DNA of 64,000 bases. Source: Heptranchias perlo. Its lineage: Eukaryota. A program made the position numbers and the translations under genes. The notes under the pieces were generated by a model. It saw nothing but the letters and a program-made list of their open reading frames with translations. It searched no databases and had not been told where the DNA came from. The stretch's first letter is position 1, and each line of letters begins with the position of its first letter. The DNA is taken from contig NC_090357.1 of the NCBI RefSeq assembly GCF_035084215.1, positions 4,960,001 to 5,024,000 of the forward strand. The letters run 5' to 3'. Below, one piece after another: positions 1-13,074 of this stretch.

Positions 1-46
1 TCCTGAATTACAGGCCTTGGCATCCTCAATGAGGTTTCTCATTAGG

Positions 47-482
47 TGTCAGCTGTGGCTCAGTAGGTTGCTCTCTTACCTCTGATGTTTATGAAGGTTG
101 TGGGTTCAAGCCCCACTCCAGCGACTTAAACACAAAATCTAGGCTGATGCTCCCAGGGGAGTACTGCACTGACAGATGAGACATCAAACTGAGGCCCCAC
201 CTACCCTCTTAACTGAAGTAAAAGATCCCAAGGCACTATTTTGAAAAAGAGCAGTGGGTGTTCTCCCCAGTGTCCCTCAACCAACATCACTAAAGAACAG
301 ATGATCTGGTCATTTATTTCATTTGTGGGATCTTGCTGTGCGCAAATTGGCCGCTGCGTTTCCTACATTACAACAGTGACTACACTTCAAAAGTACTTAA
401 TTGGCTGTAAATCGCTTTGGGATGTCCTGAGGTTGTGAAAGGTGCTATAGAAATGCAAGTCTTTCATTGTTTCTTTCTTTCA
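47..482 (+). mobile_element. tRNA-derived DeuSINE (SacSINE1/AmnSINE1-like), full length
   Basis: tRNA-like head (GTGTCAGCTGTGGCTCAGT...GGTTCAAGCCCC), body AAAGATCCC...GGCACTATTTTGAA and tail GGTGCTATAGAAATGCAAGTCTTTC. The same element recurs about 12 times in the window. Confidence 0.8.
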
Positions 483-1020
483 GTAATGTAAAAACACCAA
501 TATTCAACCCATGACAATGCACAGAAAACATTCCCCCCCTCCCCCCCACACCTTCCTTAGTCCCAGCCGCAGAGGAATTGCCCTATCACGTTACTCTAGC
601 TTCAGGTCTGAATTGGATGAGATCCAGCAGTATCTGCGCTGATAGATAGGAATTTTCCCTTTGCAGCTGAAAATTTTAGGAAGCACAGAATGAAAGAGTC
701 TCCCCTCATCCTGTCGCTGCACCAACCCCAGACACTAATCACAAAATTACAATAAAACCTTTTAGCTGAAACTAACTACTCCTGCGGTCAGGCTCTGTTC
801 ACAGACAGGAACGTGGCTTTCTCTTCTACCTGGCTTCCTAAGCCTGCACTGTCTCTGCAGTGCCTCACCACCTTACTCCCGTCTCCAGTCACATGCTCCT
901 TTCAGAGAACCTACAGATGCCTGCTTAATATGCCATGAAACACTCTTAAAGGGACACTGTCAAGGTCAGGCTCAGCGGGTAGGTGAGTCGTGTGAGGTGA
1001 TATTAACCTCACACGGAGCA

Positions 1021-1620
1021 CCAGAGAAGTTATATTAAACTTGTATAGAACCTGGGTTAGACCACACTTGGAATACTGTGCACAGTTCTGGTCTCCATAT
1101 TATAAAACGGATATAGAGGCACTGGAGAAGGTGCAAAAAAGATTCACAAGGATGATACCAGAACTGAGAGGATATACTTATCAGGAAAGACTAAACGGGC
1201 TGGGGCTCGTTTCTCTAGAAAAGTGAAGGCTGACGGGTGACCTAATAGAGGTCTTTAAAATAATGAAAGGGTTTGATAGGGTAGACGTGGAGAAAATGTT
1301 TCCATTTGTGGGGAGTCCAAAATTAGTGGTCATAAATATAAAATAGTTAGAATAAATCCAATAGGGAATTCAGGAGAAACTTCTTTACCCAAAGATTGGT
1401 AAGAATGTGGAACTCACTACCGCAAGGAGTAGTTGAGGGAAATAGCACAGATACATTTAAGGGGAAGCTAGATAAGTACATGAGGGAGAAAGGAATAGAA
1501 GGATATGCTGATAGGGTGAGATGGAGTAGGGAGGGAGGAGGCTTGTGTGGAGCATAAACGTCGGCATAGACCAGTTGGGCCGAATGGCCTGTTTCTGTGC
1601 TGTAGACCCAATGTAACTCA
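1021..1620 (+). mobile_element. CR1-type LINE 3' fragment
   Basis: ORF 1041-1226 (VRPHLEYCAQFWSPY...) matches the CR1 ORF2 C-terminus, followed by the GGGCCGAATGGCCT tail. Confidence 0.85.
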
Positions 1621-1654
1621 ATATAAAATGCCAGGTGCAATGCTTGCCTGCTCT

Positions 1655-2735
1655 ATGCTGTTCCCCTCATTATTTTGAATACCTCTATTAGGTCTCCCCT
1701 TAACCTTCTCTGCTCTAAGAAGAACAATCCCAGCTTCTCCAACCTCTCCACATAACTGAAGTCCCTCATCCCTGGTATCATCCTGGTAAACCTCCTCTGC
1801 ACCCTCTCCAAGGCCTTGACATCCTTCCTAAAGTGCGGTGCCCAGAATTGGACACAATACTCCAGCTGAGGCCTAACCGGTGATTTGTAAAGGTTTAGCA
1901 TGACTTCCTTGTTTTTGTATTCAATGCCACTATTTACAAAGCCAAGTATCGCATACGCTTTCCTAACTGCTTTATCAACTTGCCCTGCCACCTTCAAAGA
2001 TTTGTGAATATGCACCCCCAGGTCCCTCTGCTCTTGCACCCCCCTAAAAATAGTACTATTTAGATTATACTGTCTCTCCATGTTATTCCTCCCAAAGTGC
2101 ATCACTTCACACTTATCCGCATTAACTTGCATCTTCCATGTGTCTGCCCATTTCACCAGTCTGTCTATGTCCTCCTGAAGTCTGCTACTATTCTCCTCAC
2201 TATTTACTACTTTGCCAAGTTTTGTATCATCTGCAAACTTTGAAATTGTACTCCCTATACCCAAGTCCAGGTCATTTATATATAACAAGAGAAGCAATGG
2301 TCCTAATAATGACCCCTGGGGGACCCCACTGCATACTTCTCTCCAGTCAGAAAAATATCCGTTCACCATTACTCTCTGCCTCCTATCCCTTAGCCAATTA
2401 TGTACCCAAGTTACCACCGTCCCTTTAATCTCATGTGCTTCTACCTTCCGAATAAGTCTTTATCCAGTGCCTTTTGAAAGTCTACATATACACAACATCT
2501 ACTGCAGCACCTTCATCCACCCTCTCTGATATTTCATCAAAGAACTCAATCAAGATTAGTCAGACATTATTTGTCTTTAACAAATCCGTGCTGGCTGTCC
2601 CTTATTAACCCAAGCTTCTCCAAGTGAGAATTAATTTTGTCCTTGACAATGGTCTTTAGAAGTTTTCCCACCACTGACGTTAGACTGATTGGCCTGTAGT
2701 TACCGGGCTTATCCCGCTCCCCTTTTTTGAATAGG
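1655..2735 (-). mobile_element. CR1-type LINE reverse-transcriptase fragment
   Basis: ORF 1653-2417 contains SGVPQGSLLGPLL, KFADDTKL and [14 protein letters not shown]. Confidence 0.9.
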
Positions 2736-3674
2736 GGTGGATCATCCGTACATCACCACTGATCAGCCACAGGCAATCATCAGACCACCAAAGAAACAGG
2801 TGGACAGAGACGTTACTGGGGAACTGGGCACCATAGAAAGTCAAGTATCCCTCCACACTGCCAACAGATGGCACTATATATTTAGCCATGAGTCTCTGAT
2901 GGACGACAGATCAAACACATTCGAGGAAAATGTTTTTTAGTTCTTAAATTAATCTTTTGCATCCTTCCTGCCAAGGTGATGGAGGTGCAAGGGGTGTGCC
3001 ATTGCCAAGGGAGCACTAGGTACGTGGTCAATAGGCACAAACTAGCAAAGAATCCTCACTCAGATATGAGCTTCAGAATCCAAGGTACCTGTGAAGCACA
3101 GATTGGGATTTTCCACTTATCTGAATTTTGACCTAATTGGATCACTCCAGAGTCGGAAAGTTCTTCAACACTCACAGCGTTGGCGGAACCCAATCTCAAT
3201 CCTGATCCTAATCCCAGACCTGCTCATCATGCTTTTCTTAAATCTCCATCCCAGCCTCAATTCTGGATTATTTTGCTTTAAACTGACAATCCTACTTTTC
3301 CCTTGAAATCTCCAATCAAATTTCTAATGTCACAAAAGGATCGAATTCAAATTAGGATTTGCCCATCACTGATCAGAGCAGAGGCTGGGCAGGCAGATGA
3401 GTCTAGTCTCTAACCATGGTGCATTCAGAGGAATTTGAAAATGCTAATCTTGGTTTATTTTTGGTAGTGGTGCAGGAAGGGTTCTGACAACCTATTGGGA
3501 GCTCAAACTCCAATAAATATCTCTTCGACTTCACAGTACTCTGAAAGCACAAAATCCAACTAAAACCTGGAATCCAGACCCTGTACAACTGCAGCATCTG
3601 AACTTTAGTTCAGTGAAAGTTACTAAAGACCGGCATTATTTGTAGGAATCAAACTTGTGCGTTTCTCTTAACCA

Positions 3675-4040
3675 TATAAGATTCTGAGGGGGCTTGACAG
3701 GGTAGACGCTGAGAGGTTGCTACCCCTGGCTGGAGAGTCTAGGACTAGGGGGCATAGTCTCAGGATAAGTGGTCGGCCACTTAGGATTGAGATGAGGAGG
3801 CATTTCTTCACTCAGAGGGTTGTGACTCTTTGGAATTCTCTACCCCAGAGGGCTGTGGATGCTCAGTTATTGAGTATATTCAAGGCTGAGATCGATAGAT
3901 TTTTGGACTCTAGGGGAATCAAGGGATATGGGGATCGGGCGGGAAAGTGGAGTTGAGGTCGAAGATCAGCCATGATCTGATTGAGTGGCGGAGACGGCTC
4001 GAGGGGCCGTATGGCCGACTCCTGCTCCTAGTTCTTATGA
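3675..4040 (+). mobile_element. CR1 LINE 3' end
   Basis: ORF 3717-3956 (SRTRGHSL...FFTQRVVTLWNSLP) plus the conserved tail ending in TTCTTATG. Confidence 0.85.
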
Positions 4041-4319
4041 AAGAACAGAAAACTGAGTAGAACAAAATCCTAAAATCGGTCAGAAATTGGGAGATCCAAT
4101 TGGTAGAGTCAAGTTTCTAATGTCCCAGCCCTTTAAACAAAAAAATGAAATAGAAAAATCTTATTAAACATTAAGATTTATGTTGTAAAACATGTATCAA
4201 GAGGCAGGAAACTTAAAAGCAAGAAACAAATCCCCACCGATTGGTAAATGGAATAATTAAAAAAAGTTACCGGTGATTCACAAGTCAACGCATTAGATAA
4301 TTGGGTGTTACTCCCTTAC

Positions 4320-4395
4320 CGATTAGAATGGCCACCAAAACTCTTTTCGCTGATTCGGCTCCATCGATGCCCAAGGGCACTTGTGCAGCGGTCAT
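4320..4395 (-). CDS. SCN4B: Probable SCN4B coding exon 1 (signal peptide start of sodium channel beta-4); remainder lies left of the window
   Basis: ATG at 4395 reads MTAAQVPLGIDGAESAKRVLVAILI-G and ends at a phase-1 donor ATCG|GTAAGG (GT at 4319-4318). It resembles human exon 1 as recalled (MPGAGDGGKAPARWLGTGLL-G) and lies downstream of SCN2B on the same strand, as in mammals. Confidence 0.65.
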
Positions 4396-5489
4396 TGTCC
4401 GTCCTTCTCGGTGAGTTTGATCAATACCTGAGGTGGGGGGGGGGGGGTGGGAAAGGGTTAAGAGGAGGTAACCGATGTGAAGGGATCCGCGTCCGTCAGC
4501 TCCAGAGAGGGAGGGAAGCGAGGACCAGGTCCAGGTCCAGCAAGAAACAAAAATTCTACAAGATCAGCAGCAGTGCGAGAGAGGAGAGGCGGGGAGGGGA
4601 GGGCAGGGAGGCATGAGGCTATCTGTTTCGCCCAGATACCTTGTGTTTGGTGCCTTTTCCCTCCTCTTGACCCTCCTTTTCCCACTCTGCTCACTGCCCC
4701 TCTCTCTCTCAGTCTCTGTAAGACAGCCTGGAGCCGGGAGTTGGCTGGATGGAGTGAACCATCTCTTGTATCCCTTTCCCTGTAATTCTGCATTGCAGTC
4801 ACAAAGCTGCTTTCGTCATCACCCAGAGGGACCGGGCAAAACAACACGCCTCAAGAGCTGGCGATTTTCTAGATACATATATATATAATGTTTTAAAAAC
4901 CTTATAATAAATAACTTTGGAAATGTAGACGGTGCATCTCATTATAACATGTTAACTTTCAATATAATACAGGGGGGGGGGCAAGGTTTCAACTTTATTT
5001 CAATCGATTATAAAAGTTTGAAAACTTTCTGAACTTTTTTTTCTGACTCGTTAACTCGCTGAGGCAAATCGTGAAAAAAAAGGGAAGAAATTCAGAGGGA
5101 GCCGAGAGGAACTGGCTGCAATTCTGTTGTGTGTGTTTTTTAAACGTTATACAGAGATCAACAAGATTTTGGAATAGGCTGGGGACTTTGGCCGTTAGTC
5201 CTGTATCGCTGTGACTTTAATAGTATCAGATAACAGCCCTAAAATACCTCCCTCATCTCAATGCCGTGTTAAAATAGAAACTTGCATAAAATAAACAGTT
5301 CCAGTATCTCATCTTTCCACTTCCAGGAACACTTAACAGGATATGAGACTACTTTAAACTGCAAAGCCTGAATGTGCCGACCCATTGCCCACGGCCACTA
5401 TCTGGTGCCTCAGACAAATGGCCATTCGTCATGTGTCAGGCGTAAACCCCGATTATAATTCCTCCCTACCTGGCAGAAACCAGCTGAAG

Positions 5490-8400
5490 TAAGAGTGAGG
5501 CCTTGTTCTTTGGCAGGTCCGACTACCCGAAGGTGCTGGGGATCTGGTTCGGGAGGTCCCAGGCCTGCTCCAAGAACTGGGAGGAGCGGGTCGCCAAGGC
5601 CAAACAGAAGCTTGGGGCTCGAATTTAGCAGGCCTGCGTGTTCCCAGCGGGTGGTCCTCCGGGAGTGTCGAAAACGCGAACGGCGAAATTAGTGGGTTGC
5701 CCACGCGATCGTAGCAGGCCACCCACTAATAGGATCCAATTACCTGCTCCTCCGGGGTCCACGGCGCTGGCCTGCGCGTCGGGCGGGCTGCGCATGCGCA
5801 GTACGATCTGTCAGCTGGAGGCTCTCTAGTTAAAGGGGCAGTCCTCCACTGACAGATGCTGCAACCAATGGGACAAATTGCAGCATGGAGCAGCCCAGGG
5901 GGAAGGCTGCTCCCAGTTTAATGATGCCTCACCCCAGGTATCATCAGATGGGGTGAGGAGGAGGGGGAGGACACAGATCTTCCCCCCGGCGGGCGGGAGG
6001 AAGCGGCCTGCCTCTGCCACCAAGAAGGCCTGGCTCGAGGTGGCAGAGGGGGTCACCTGCGCCACCAACATATCGCCCACCTGCATACAGTGCAGGAGGC
6101 GCTGCAATGACTGCAGTAGGTCAGCCACAGTGAGAACACGAAGTCTTTCCCCTACACTCCGTCTGCCACAACACTGCCCCCACCCCAAATCTCCTTCGGC
6201 ACCGCCAACACTATTCTGTCACATCACCCTTCATGCCCACTCACACCCCATCCTCATCTTACCTCCACCTACTCACCTCGCCAGTACTCACCCTGCCACT
6301 AACACGCGACCCAATCCTCATACAATCTCATGGCTCCATCCCATACTCACCCTCTCGTGCATCTCCCTCACGGCCAGCCTCACTCAACCTGCCACCACCT
6401 GTGCTGCAGCCACAGGGCATGCATCACATATGTGCAGTAGGCAGCGTAAGGCAAACGTCTCGTCAGCATGAAGGGGGTGCACAAGGGTGTCTGAGGGTTT
6501 GTCATGGGTGTTACCCATATTGAATTTCAGAGCCACAAACAGCACACATTATATTGACACCACCACTGCCATGTCTCCGCGAATCCTGTCTATTGTGTCC
6601 AATAATGCCCGCTCCTGGGTATCACTATGAGGACCCACCACTGATGCCACCCATCGTGTTACTGCAGAGTAGGTGCAGGTGTATTTGCAGGGCTCGTCCG
6701 CGCAGACAACTGAGAGACATCGGCGGTGTTGCCGGCTGCACCCTGGAAGGATGCGGAGGAGAAGGTGTGGAGGACAGTGGTGACTTTGCCAGCGACAGGT
6801 AAGCAGTTGGTGCTGGGGCCAGCCAGGAGCAGCTCGGCATGAAAGAGGCTGCAGATCTCCACGACTACATGTCGAGCGAATCTGCGCCTCCCTGTGCACT
6901 GCTGCTCGGAGAGGTCCGGGGAGCCGCGCCTCGGTCTGTGGACCCTGTGGCGAGGGTAGTGCCCTCTGCGACGCGTCTCTCTCTGCGGTAGCCCTCCCTC
7001 CTGCTGTGCAGGTGGGCGTGCAACCACACCGTGTTGGGGGGATCCACGTCTCTGCGGCGGACGGCGTGGACTGCGAGGCTGCTGGTGGTGGTCATGCTCT
7101 TCGTCCTCCGAGGGTGTCCACACACCACCCAACTGGCAGGTGTTGGTCTGAGGGGTTGTGCAGGGTAGGTGTGTGGGTCCTCGGACTGGGGCTGCGGTCT
7201 CGTGTCGGTCTGTCCTCTGGCTTGGCCGGGGGGTGGTGGGGGGCAGGGGTTGCCCTATGTGACGCGGTGGCCTCCTGCGTGGGTGAGGGCGCTCCCCCGT
7301 GGAGCGCACCTTGGCACCTGCCACAGGCTGCTGGCTGCAACACGCCTGGTTGGATGGAGACTGTTTCCCCCAGTGTGGGAAACTGACTGCTTTGAACGTA
7401 AAATCCCACACTTCCTCTTTTGACAGCTGCTTCAGCTCATTAACTGACCACAACGAGCAAGTTAAGTGCTCTCAAGTGGAACCCCGCTGGCTTTAATTGC
7501 CTGCGGGATTCCCACCAGCGGGGCTTGCGCGCGCAGCCCCGCACGTCAGCGCGGTACCCGGAAGTGGCCGGGATTTCGTCCGAATCCGGTCACGTGATCG
7601 GAGATCGGGATTTTCGGGGCCCCCCCGCTGGAAACCCGCAGGTAACCCGACCCTAAAATCGAGCCCTTGGTGTGTGGGTGGGGCGCTCCCTCTCCATAAC
7701 CGGCGGGAACCTGGTGATAAGGTGTGAGGTACTGGAGGTGTTGCTCTACGTGGCCAAGGTCTGGCCCATTCCCCGCCGCTCCGTCGTCACAGTCACCCGA
7801 GCTATCTTCCACTTTGTCTGGAGGTCCAAGGTGGAACGCGTCCGCAGGGACACCATGTACAAGCCCCCAGGCAAAGGGGGGGAATGCTGCTCTTATCTTG
7901 ATGGCCACCTTTGTGTGTGGCTGCCTCAGGATGTGTGTAGAGCCCCAATACACAAACACCAAGTGTCACCACGTACTGGGTTTCTACCTGTCCCCCACAC
8001 TGAGAAGCCTGGGTATGGTCACGCTGGCCGAGCAGACACAGGACGTCCCGTCCATATGGACTGTCCCTCCTGTCCTGAAGAGGAACCCCTTTGACCACAA
8101 CGCCGTCAGACAGTGGTCGGCACGGAACAATCTGGGGTCTTGCAGGGAGAGGAGAGGGTGGATCCAATCGGGCAGTTCCCCGACCAGACGGTCGATGCCA
8201 TTTGGCAGAACGTCTCGTTGCCGGAACTGACCATCAGGCACCAGGATGTAGCCTGGACGGTTGTGAGAAGGGCCCTCCCAGTGCGGTCCTACAAGCACGG
8301 AATCTCAGCGCCACCGCGAGCTGCCCTCGAGGCTGCAGCAGGTAGGAGACCGTCGTCCATCTCCTGATGGGCTGCCCCTTCGCGCAGAAGGTTTGGGGAG

Positions 8401-8900
8401 AGATGCGTTGGTATCTGACCCACTTCATCCCCAACAGCTCAGTATCACAGGACGCTGTGCTCTACGGGCTGTTCCCCGGGACGCACACCGAGACAGATAC
8501 CACCTGCGGCTGGAAGACCATCAACTCGGTGAAGGAGGCCCTTTGGTCCGCCCGAAACCTGCTGGTCTTCCAGCTGATGGAGCTGTCTACGACCGAGTGT
8601 TGCCGACTGGTGCACTCCAAGGTCCAGGAATACGTGCTGCGGGACGCACTGAAGTGAGGCGTGACCTACGCAAAGGCTCTATGGGGAAAGGCCACCGTGT
8701 AAGGCCACTCCATCTTGTATTGTACAGAATACATTAGAAGATATATACTGTGTTTTAAAATTGTAACAATGAGATCATAGTGTGTACGATCCGAGTTGTG
8801 TTGGTCTGAACTATATTGCTTGGAATTTTGTTTTTATTTTTACATTGGACTGTGTGTATCTTTAAATTTTATGAAATAAAGTATACTCTGAAATTTTAAA
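5490..8900 (+). mobile_element. 5'-truncated Tx1/L1-clade LINE (ORF2 C-terminus plus 3'UTR), split by a Harbinger insertion
   Basis: KVLGIWFG...NWEERVAKAKQKL (to 5614) continues in frame as GVWVGRSLSITGGNLVIRCEVL after 7669. A degenerate zinc-knuckle region follows (CPRGC...HLLMGCPFAQKVW), then a stop at ~8700 and AATAAA at 8875-8880. Confidence 0.85.
5615..7666. mobile_element. PIF/Harbinger DNA transposon, internally deleted and decayed
   Basis: TIRs GGGCTCGAATTTAG (5615-5628) and CTAAAATCGAGCCC (7653-7666); 3-bp TSD TTG at 5612-5614 and 7667-7669. Myb/SANT-like remnant on + (~5885-6130, KKAWLEVAEGV...CIQCRRRCND) and HARBI1-like transposase remnant on - (~6560-7150, LPVAGKVTTVLHTFSSASFQG). 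Confidence 0.88.
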
Positions 8901-9705
8901 AGAGGGTGGGGGAGGGGCAGTCACATCCCCCCCGCCGTCCGATCACCCAGCCTTCCCGCCGTGACCCGATGTTATGACGAATGAAACACTCGCAGGGAGG
9001 GATCCTTCTAAATATACAGATCAGGTCACTATGTACTCGCAATATTAGACCGAGGCCTGAGCCCGAGGGGGAGCAATGACGACTTCTGCCAGGAGGGGGA
9101 CCGAGGGCCAGAAGAGGCTCAGTGAGGTAGGTTTCAAAATGGTATTTTAAGTTTTCTTGTGGTCCACGAGGGGCAGGAATGCTTCTCCAGGCCTCACAAT
9201 GAAGCCGCGGGCCTCTCTTGCCAAAATCCCCACCCCCGCGCCACCCATCGAGACCAGGACCCGCTCCCGGATCGCGCCCCCTCCCCCCCGATTACCTCCG
9301 GATCAACTCTCCCTCAACTGTCTGTTGGGAACCCCTCCCACAGGCCCCAGCTGCGGCCACCTGCCGCCAAATTCCCGCTCCTGCCCGCTGGCCTCCCCGA
9401 GTTCGTCGCTCGAGCGCAAGTGTACCCACCCTTTCCCCTTTTCAAATCGGGGCCTGAGCGTCAGTGAGCTATTCGACTGTGGCACAGCTCACCTCCAAGT
9501 CTGATCCCACTCTCACCTGCACATGCTCTCCAGCAGGATGGCAATCAGGAGCAGGAACCCTGACTGGTTTTAACCATTCCCTGGCTCAGGGACACTAAAG
9601 CCAGTGGCAGGAGTCCCTGGAACCTTCCCTACCTGTATGGTTCTCTACTATGCTGAAGCATTTACAGGCTTGTCCACAACAGTGCAATTATAAAGAACTA
9701 ACTCA

Positions 9706-10462
9706 TGTTTTTTTTTTATTCGTTCATGGGATGTGGGCGTCACTGGCGAGGCCGGCATTTATTGCCCATCCCTAATTGCCCTTGAGAAGGTGGTGGTGAG
9801 CCTCCTTCTTGAACCGCTGCAGTCCGTGTGATGAAGGTTCTCCCACAGTGCTGTTAGGAAGGGAGATCCAGGATTTTGACCCAGCGACGATGAAGGAACG
9901 GCGATATATTTCCAAGTCGGGATGGTGGGTGACTTGGAGGGGAACGTGCAGGTGGTGTTGTTCCCACGTACCAGCTGCTCTTGTCCTTCTAGGTGGTAGA
10001 GGTTAGGCGGGTTTGGGAGGTGCTGTCGAAGAAGCCTTGGCAAGTTGCTGCAGTGCATCCTGTGGATGGTACGCACTGCAGCCACTGTGCGCTGGTGATG
10101 GAGGGAGTAAATGTTTAGGGTGGTGGATGGGGTGCCAATCAAGCGGGCTGCTTTGTCCTGGATGGTGTCGAGCTTCTTGAGTGTTGTTGGAGCTGCACTC
10201 ATCCAGGCAAGTGGAGAGTATTCCATCACACTCCTGACTTGTGCCTTGTAGATGGTGGAAAGGCTTTGGGGAGTCAGGAGGTGAGTCACTCGACGCAGAA
10301 TACCCAGTCTCTGACCTGCTCTCATAGCCATGGTATTTATATGGCTGGTCCAGATAAGTTTCTGGTCAATGGTGACCTCCAGGATGTTGATGGTGGGGGA
10401 TTCGGCGATGGTAATGCCGTTGAATGTAAAGGGGAGGTGGTTAGACTCTCTCTTGTTGGAGG
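9706..10462 (-). mobile_element. LINE 3' fragment (second CR1/L2-group family, 'family B')
   Basis: ORF RAGQRLGILRRVTHLL...YKAQVRSVMEYSPLAW with an A-rich tail at 9706-9720. Same family at 14133-15040 and 54172-54958. Confidence 0.85.
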
Positions 10463-10519
10463 TTTATTCCTCACCTGACTGAATTTCTCATTGCAATCCA
10501 GTTGTACAGCAACAAGAAC

Positions 10520-11025
10520 AACAACTTGCATTTATATAGCGCCTTTAACGTAGTAAAATGTCCCAAATCACTTCACAGAAATGGAAGCTTGGTCGGAGAG
10601 GTAGGTTTTAAGAAGTGACTTAAAGGGGGAAATAGAGGTAGAGAGGCGGAGAGGTTTAGGGAGGGAATTCCAGAGCTTTGGGCCCAGGCATCTGAAGGCC
10701 CGGCCGCCAAGGGTGGAGCAGAGAAAATCGGGGATGCGCTAGAGGCCAGAATTGGTGGACAGCTGAGATCTTGGAGGGTTGTCGGGCTGGTGGAGGTTAC
10801 AGAGATAGGGAGGGGGCGAGGGCCATGGAGGGATTTGAAAACAAGGATGAGAATTTTAAACTGGAGGCGTTGCCGGACCAGGAGCCAATGTAGGTCAGCG
10901 AGCACAGGGGGTGATGGGTGAACGGGACTTGGTGCGAGTTAGGATACGGGCAGCAGAGTTTTGGAATGAGCTCAAGTTTACGGAGGGTGCAAGGTGGGAG
11001 GCCGTCCAGGAGAGCATTGGAATAG
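10520..11025 (-). mobile_element. L2-type LINE 3' fragment
   Basis: ORF LADLHWLLVRQRLQFKILILVFKSLHG is the L2 C-terminal motif; tail GGCGCTATATAAATGCAAGTTGTT. Confidence 0.85.
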
Positions 11026-11480
11026 ACGACCCATTGTAGTTGAAGACCTCCTGTGGCATAACTCACCTTGAGCCTGAAGTTACACTGCTGCGGTAGGCGG
11101 GGGGGGGGGGGGGGGGGGAGGGGGAGGGGTACGTACCTCCGCTAAAAAAACCCAGAAAGAAGTTTGTAAGGGATTTCCTGAAAGATGGTGCAATAAGAGG
11201 TATTTGATTGGTTCCCAGAAAATAAATAAATAATGCTTTCTTTACCCAATGCAGGTTGGCACATAGTTAAATAAATAAATGCACACACTTCACAGTTACT
11301 TAATTAATCTGTGAATGTAATATGGGGGAGCATCTAAATACATATTTTATTAATAATATGAGGACTTACGGAAGTGAGGGAAGGGTAAAGATCTCCACTA
11401 ACAACAATGAGAAAAATAATTTAGCTGAATTCCAATGAAGTGATAGAGGGTTGTGTCAGTCAAAAAGGATTGTGCAATAG

Positions 11481-11682
11481 TCCAGAGGCAGTAGTAGAGG
11501 CGGGTACAATTTTGTCTTTTAAAAAGCATTTGGACAGTTACATGGGTAAGATGGGTATAGAGGGATATGGGCCAAGTGCAGGCAATTGGGACTAGCTTAG
11601 TGGTATAAACTGGGCGACATGGACATGTTGGGCCGAAGGGCCTGTTTCCATGTTGTAACTTCTATGATTCTATGATTCTATG
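11481..11682 (+). mobile_element. Short, young CR1 3' tail
   Basis: Nearly identical to 46231-46430; ends in (TTCTATGA)n. Confidence 0.8.
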
Positions 11683-12179
11683 AATATCAAAACAAGTGTG
11701 CCAGGGTTGGACGTTGGTCACATCCGTGTGTCAGATTGGAAAGGTCAGTGCTAGCATGCAGCTGAACCTATCACTCCAACTAAATTCACCTCCCCTTTTG
11801 CTCTCTGAGGTATAACTGAACTTTGTTGTGATTTAAAAGGAACAAATTACTGTTACGTTGCTGGATTCTCAATGGGTGTCATGTTCAAAGACGAGCTCAG
11901 AATAGTTTCTCTCTTTCCGTTGGGCTGTTTTGCTCAAACTGAAATCAGCAATCAGTACATGCCCTATCTGATGTGGTAATATTAGAGTCATACAGACCAA
12001 GCAGGGCCCAGGATCAAACCTTGGTATGCAATGAATTTTGTTTGATAACGCTCCTGTGAAGCACCTTGGGACGTTATATCACGATAAAGGCGCTATATAA
12101 ATGCAAGTTGTTGTTGTTGAATTAGTTAGTCATGGCTGAGAGACTCCAATTAGCTTCGGGTTTCACACTCTGTGCCAGA

Positions 12180-12600
12180 AAGAAAGAAAGAACCTGCATT
12201 TATACAGCGCGTTTCACAACTTTCCAAAGAGCTTTGCAGCCAACTAAGTACTTTTGAAGTGTCGTCACTGTTGCAATGTAGGAAACGTGGCAGCCCAATT
12301 GCGCACAGCAAGATCCCACAAACAACAATGAAATAATTGACCACATCATCTGTTGTAGCGACATTGGATAAATATTGGCCAGGACATTGGGGAGAACTCC
12401 CCTGCTCTTCTTCAAATAGTGTCCATGGGATCTTTTAGGTCCACCCAAGAGAGCAGACTCAGTTTAGTGTCTTATTCAAATGATAGCACCTCTGGGAGCA
12501 TCAGTCTAGATTTTATATTCAGGTCTACTAGGAGTAGGGACTTGAACCCACAACTTTCATGACTTAAGAGGCAAGAATGCTATCCACTGTGCTAAAGCCA
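12180..12600 (-). mobile_element. DeuSINE (SacSINE1-like)
   Basis: Reverse complement of the 47-482 element. Confidence 0.75.
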
Positions 12601-13074
12601 ATAACTCTGTGATGTCTTATACTTGAGGGCTGAGCACTCAGCCTTCTAAACTTAACCAGCACCATCCAATTTGGTTGAAATTAACTTAATAAACTTAACC
12701 AGCAACAAAATAGTGCAATATTAGTAACAGATGAGTTAATGCGTTAGTTTGAAATTCTTTTGTCTGCTTCTTTATTGAAGGCACTCACCCCGTTTATTTT
12801 AAATTGATTAACACTTCCATTACTGAGATCACTCCTCGCAAGTTTGTCCAAGAAGATTTTGCTATTGTTTTCAGAGTTGTGAAGCTGTGCATTTTACTCT
12901 CTGTTCTGTTTGGGATTAGCTGTTCTGTGTAGTTGTTAAATATTTATATAGGTGATGAAATGCACCCAAAAAGGTTAAAAAAGCTAAGTAAAAGAAAGAA
13001 AGTATGTATTGGCTCTCTGTGTTACAAGGAAGACTTGTGTTTGTGTCAGCTGTGGATCAGTGATAGCAGCCTCA

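Noticed and set aside
47-120. tRNA genes at SINE heads
   Set aside because: A/B boxes run directly into SINE bodies with no full cloverleaf.
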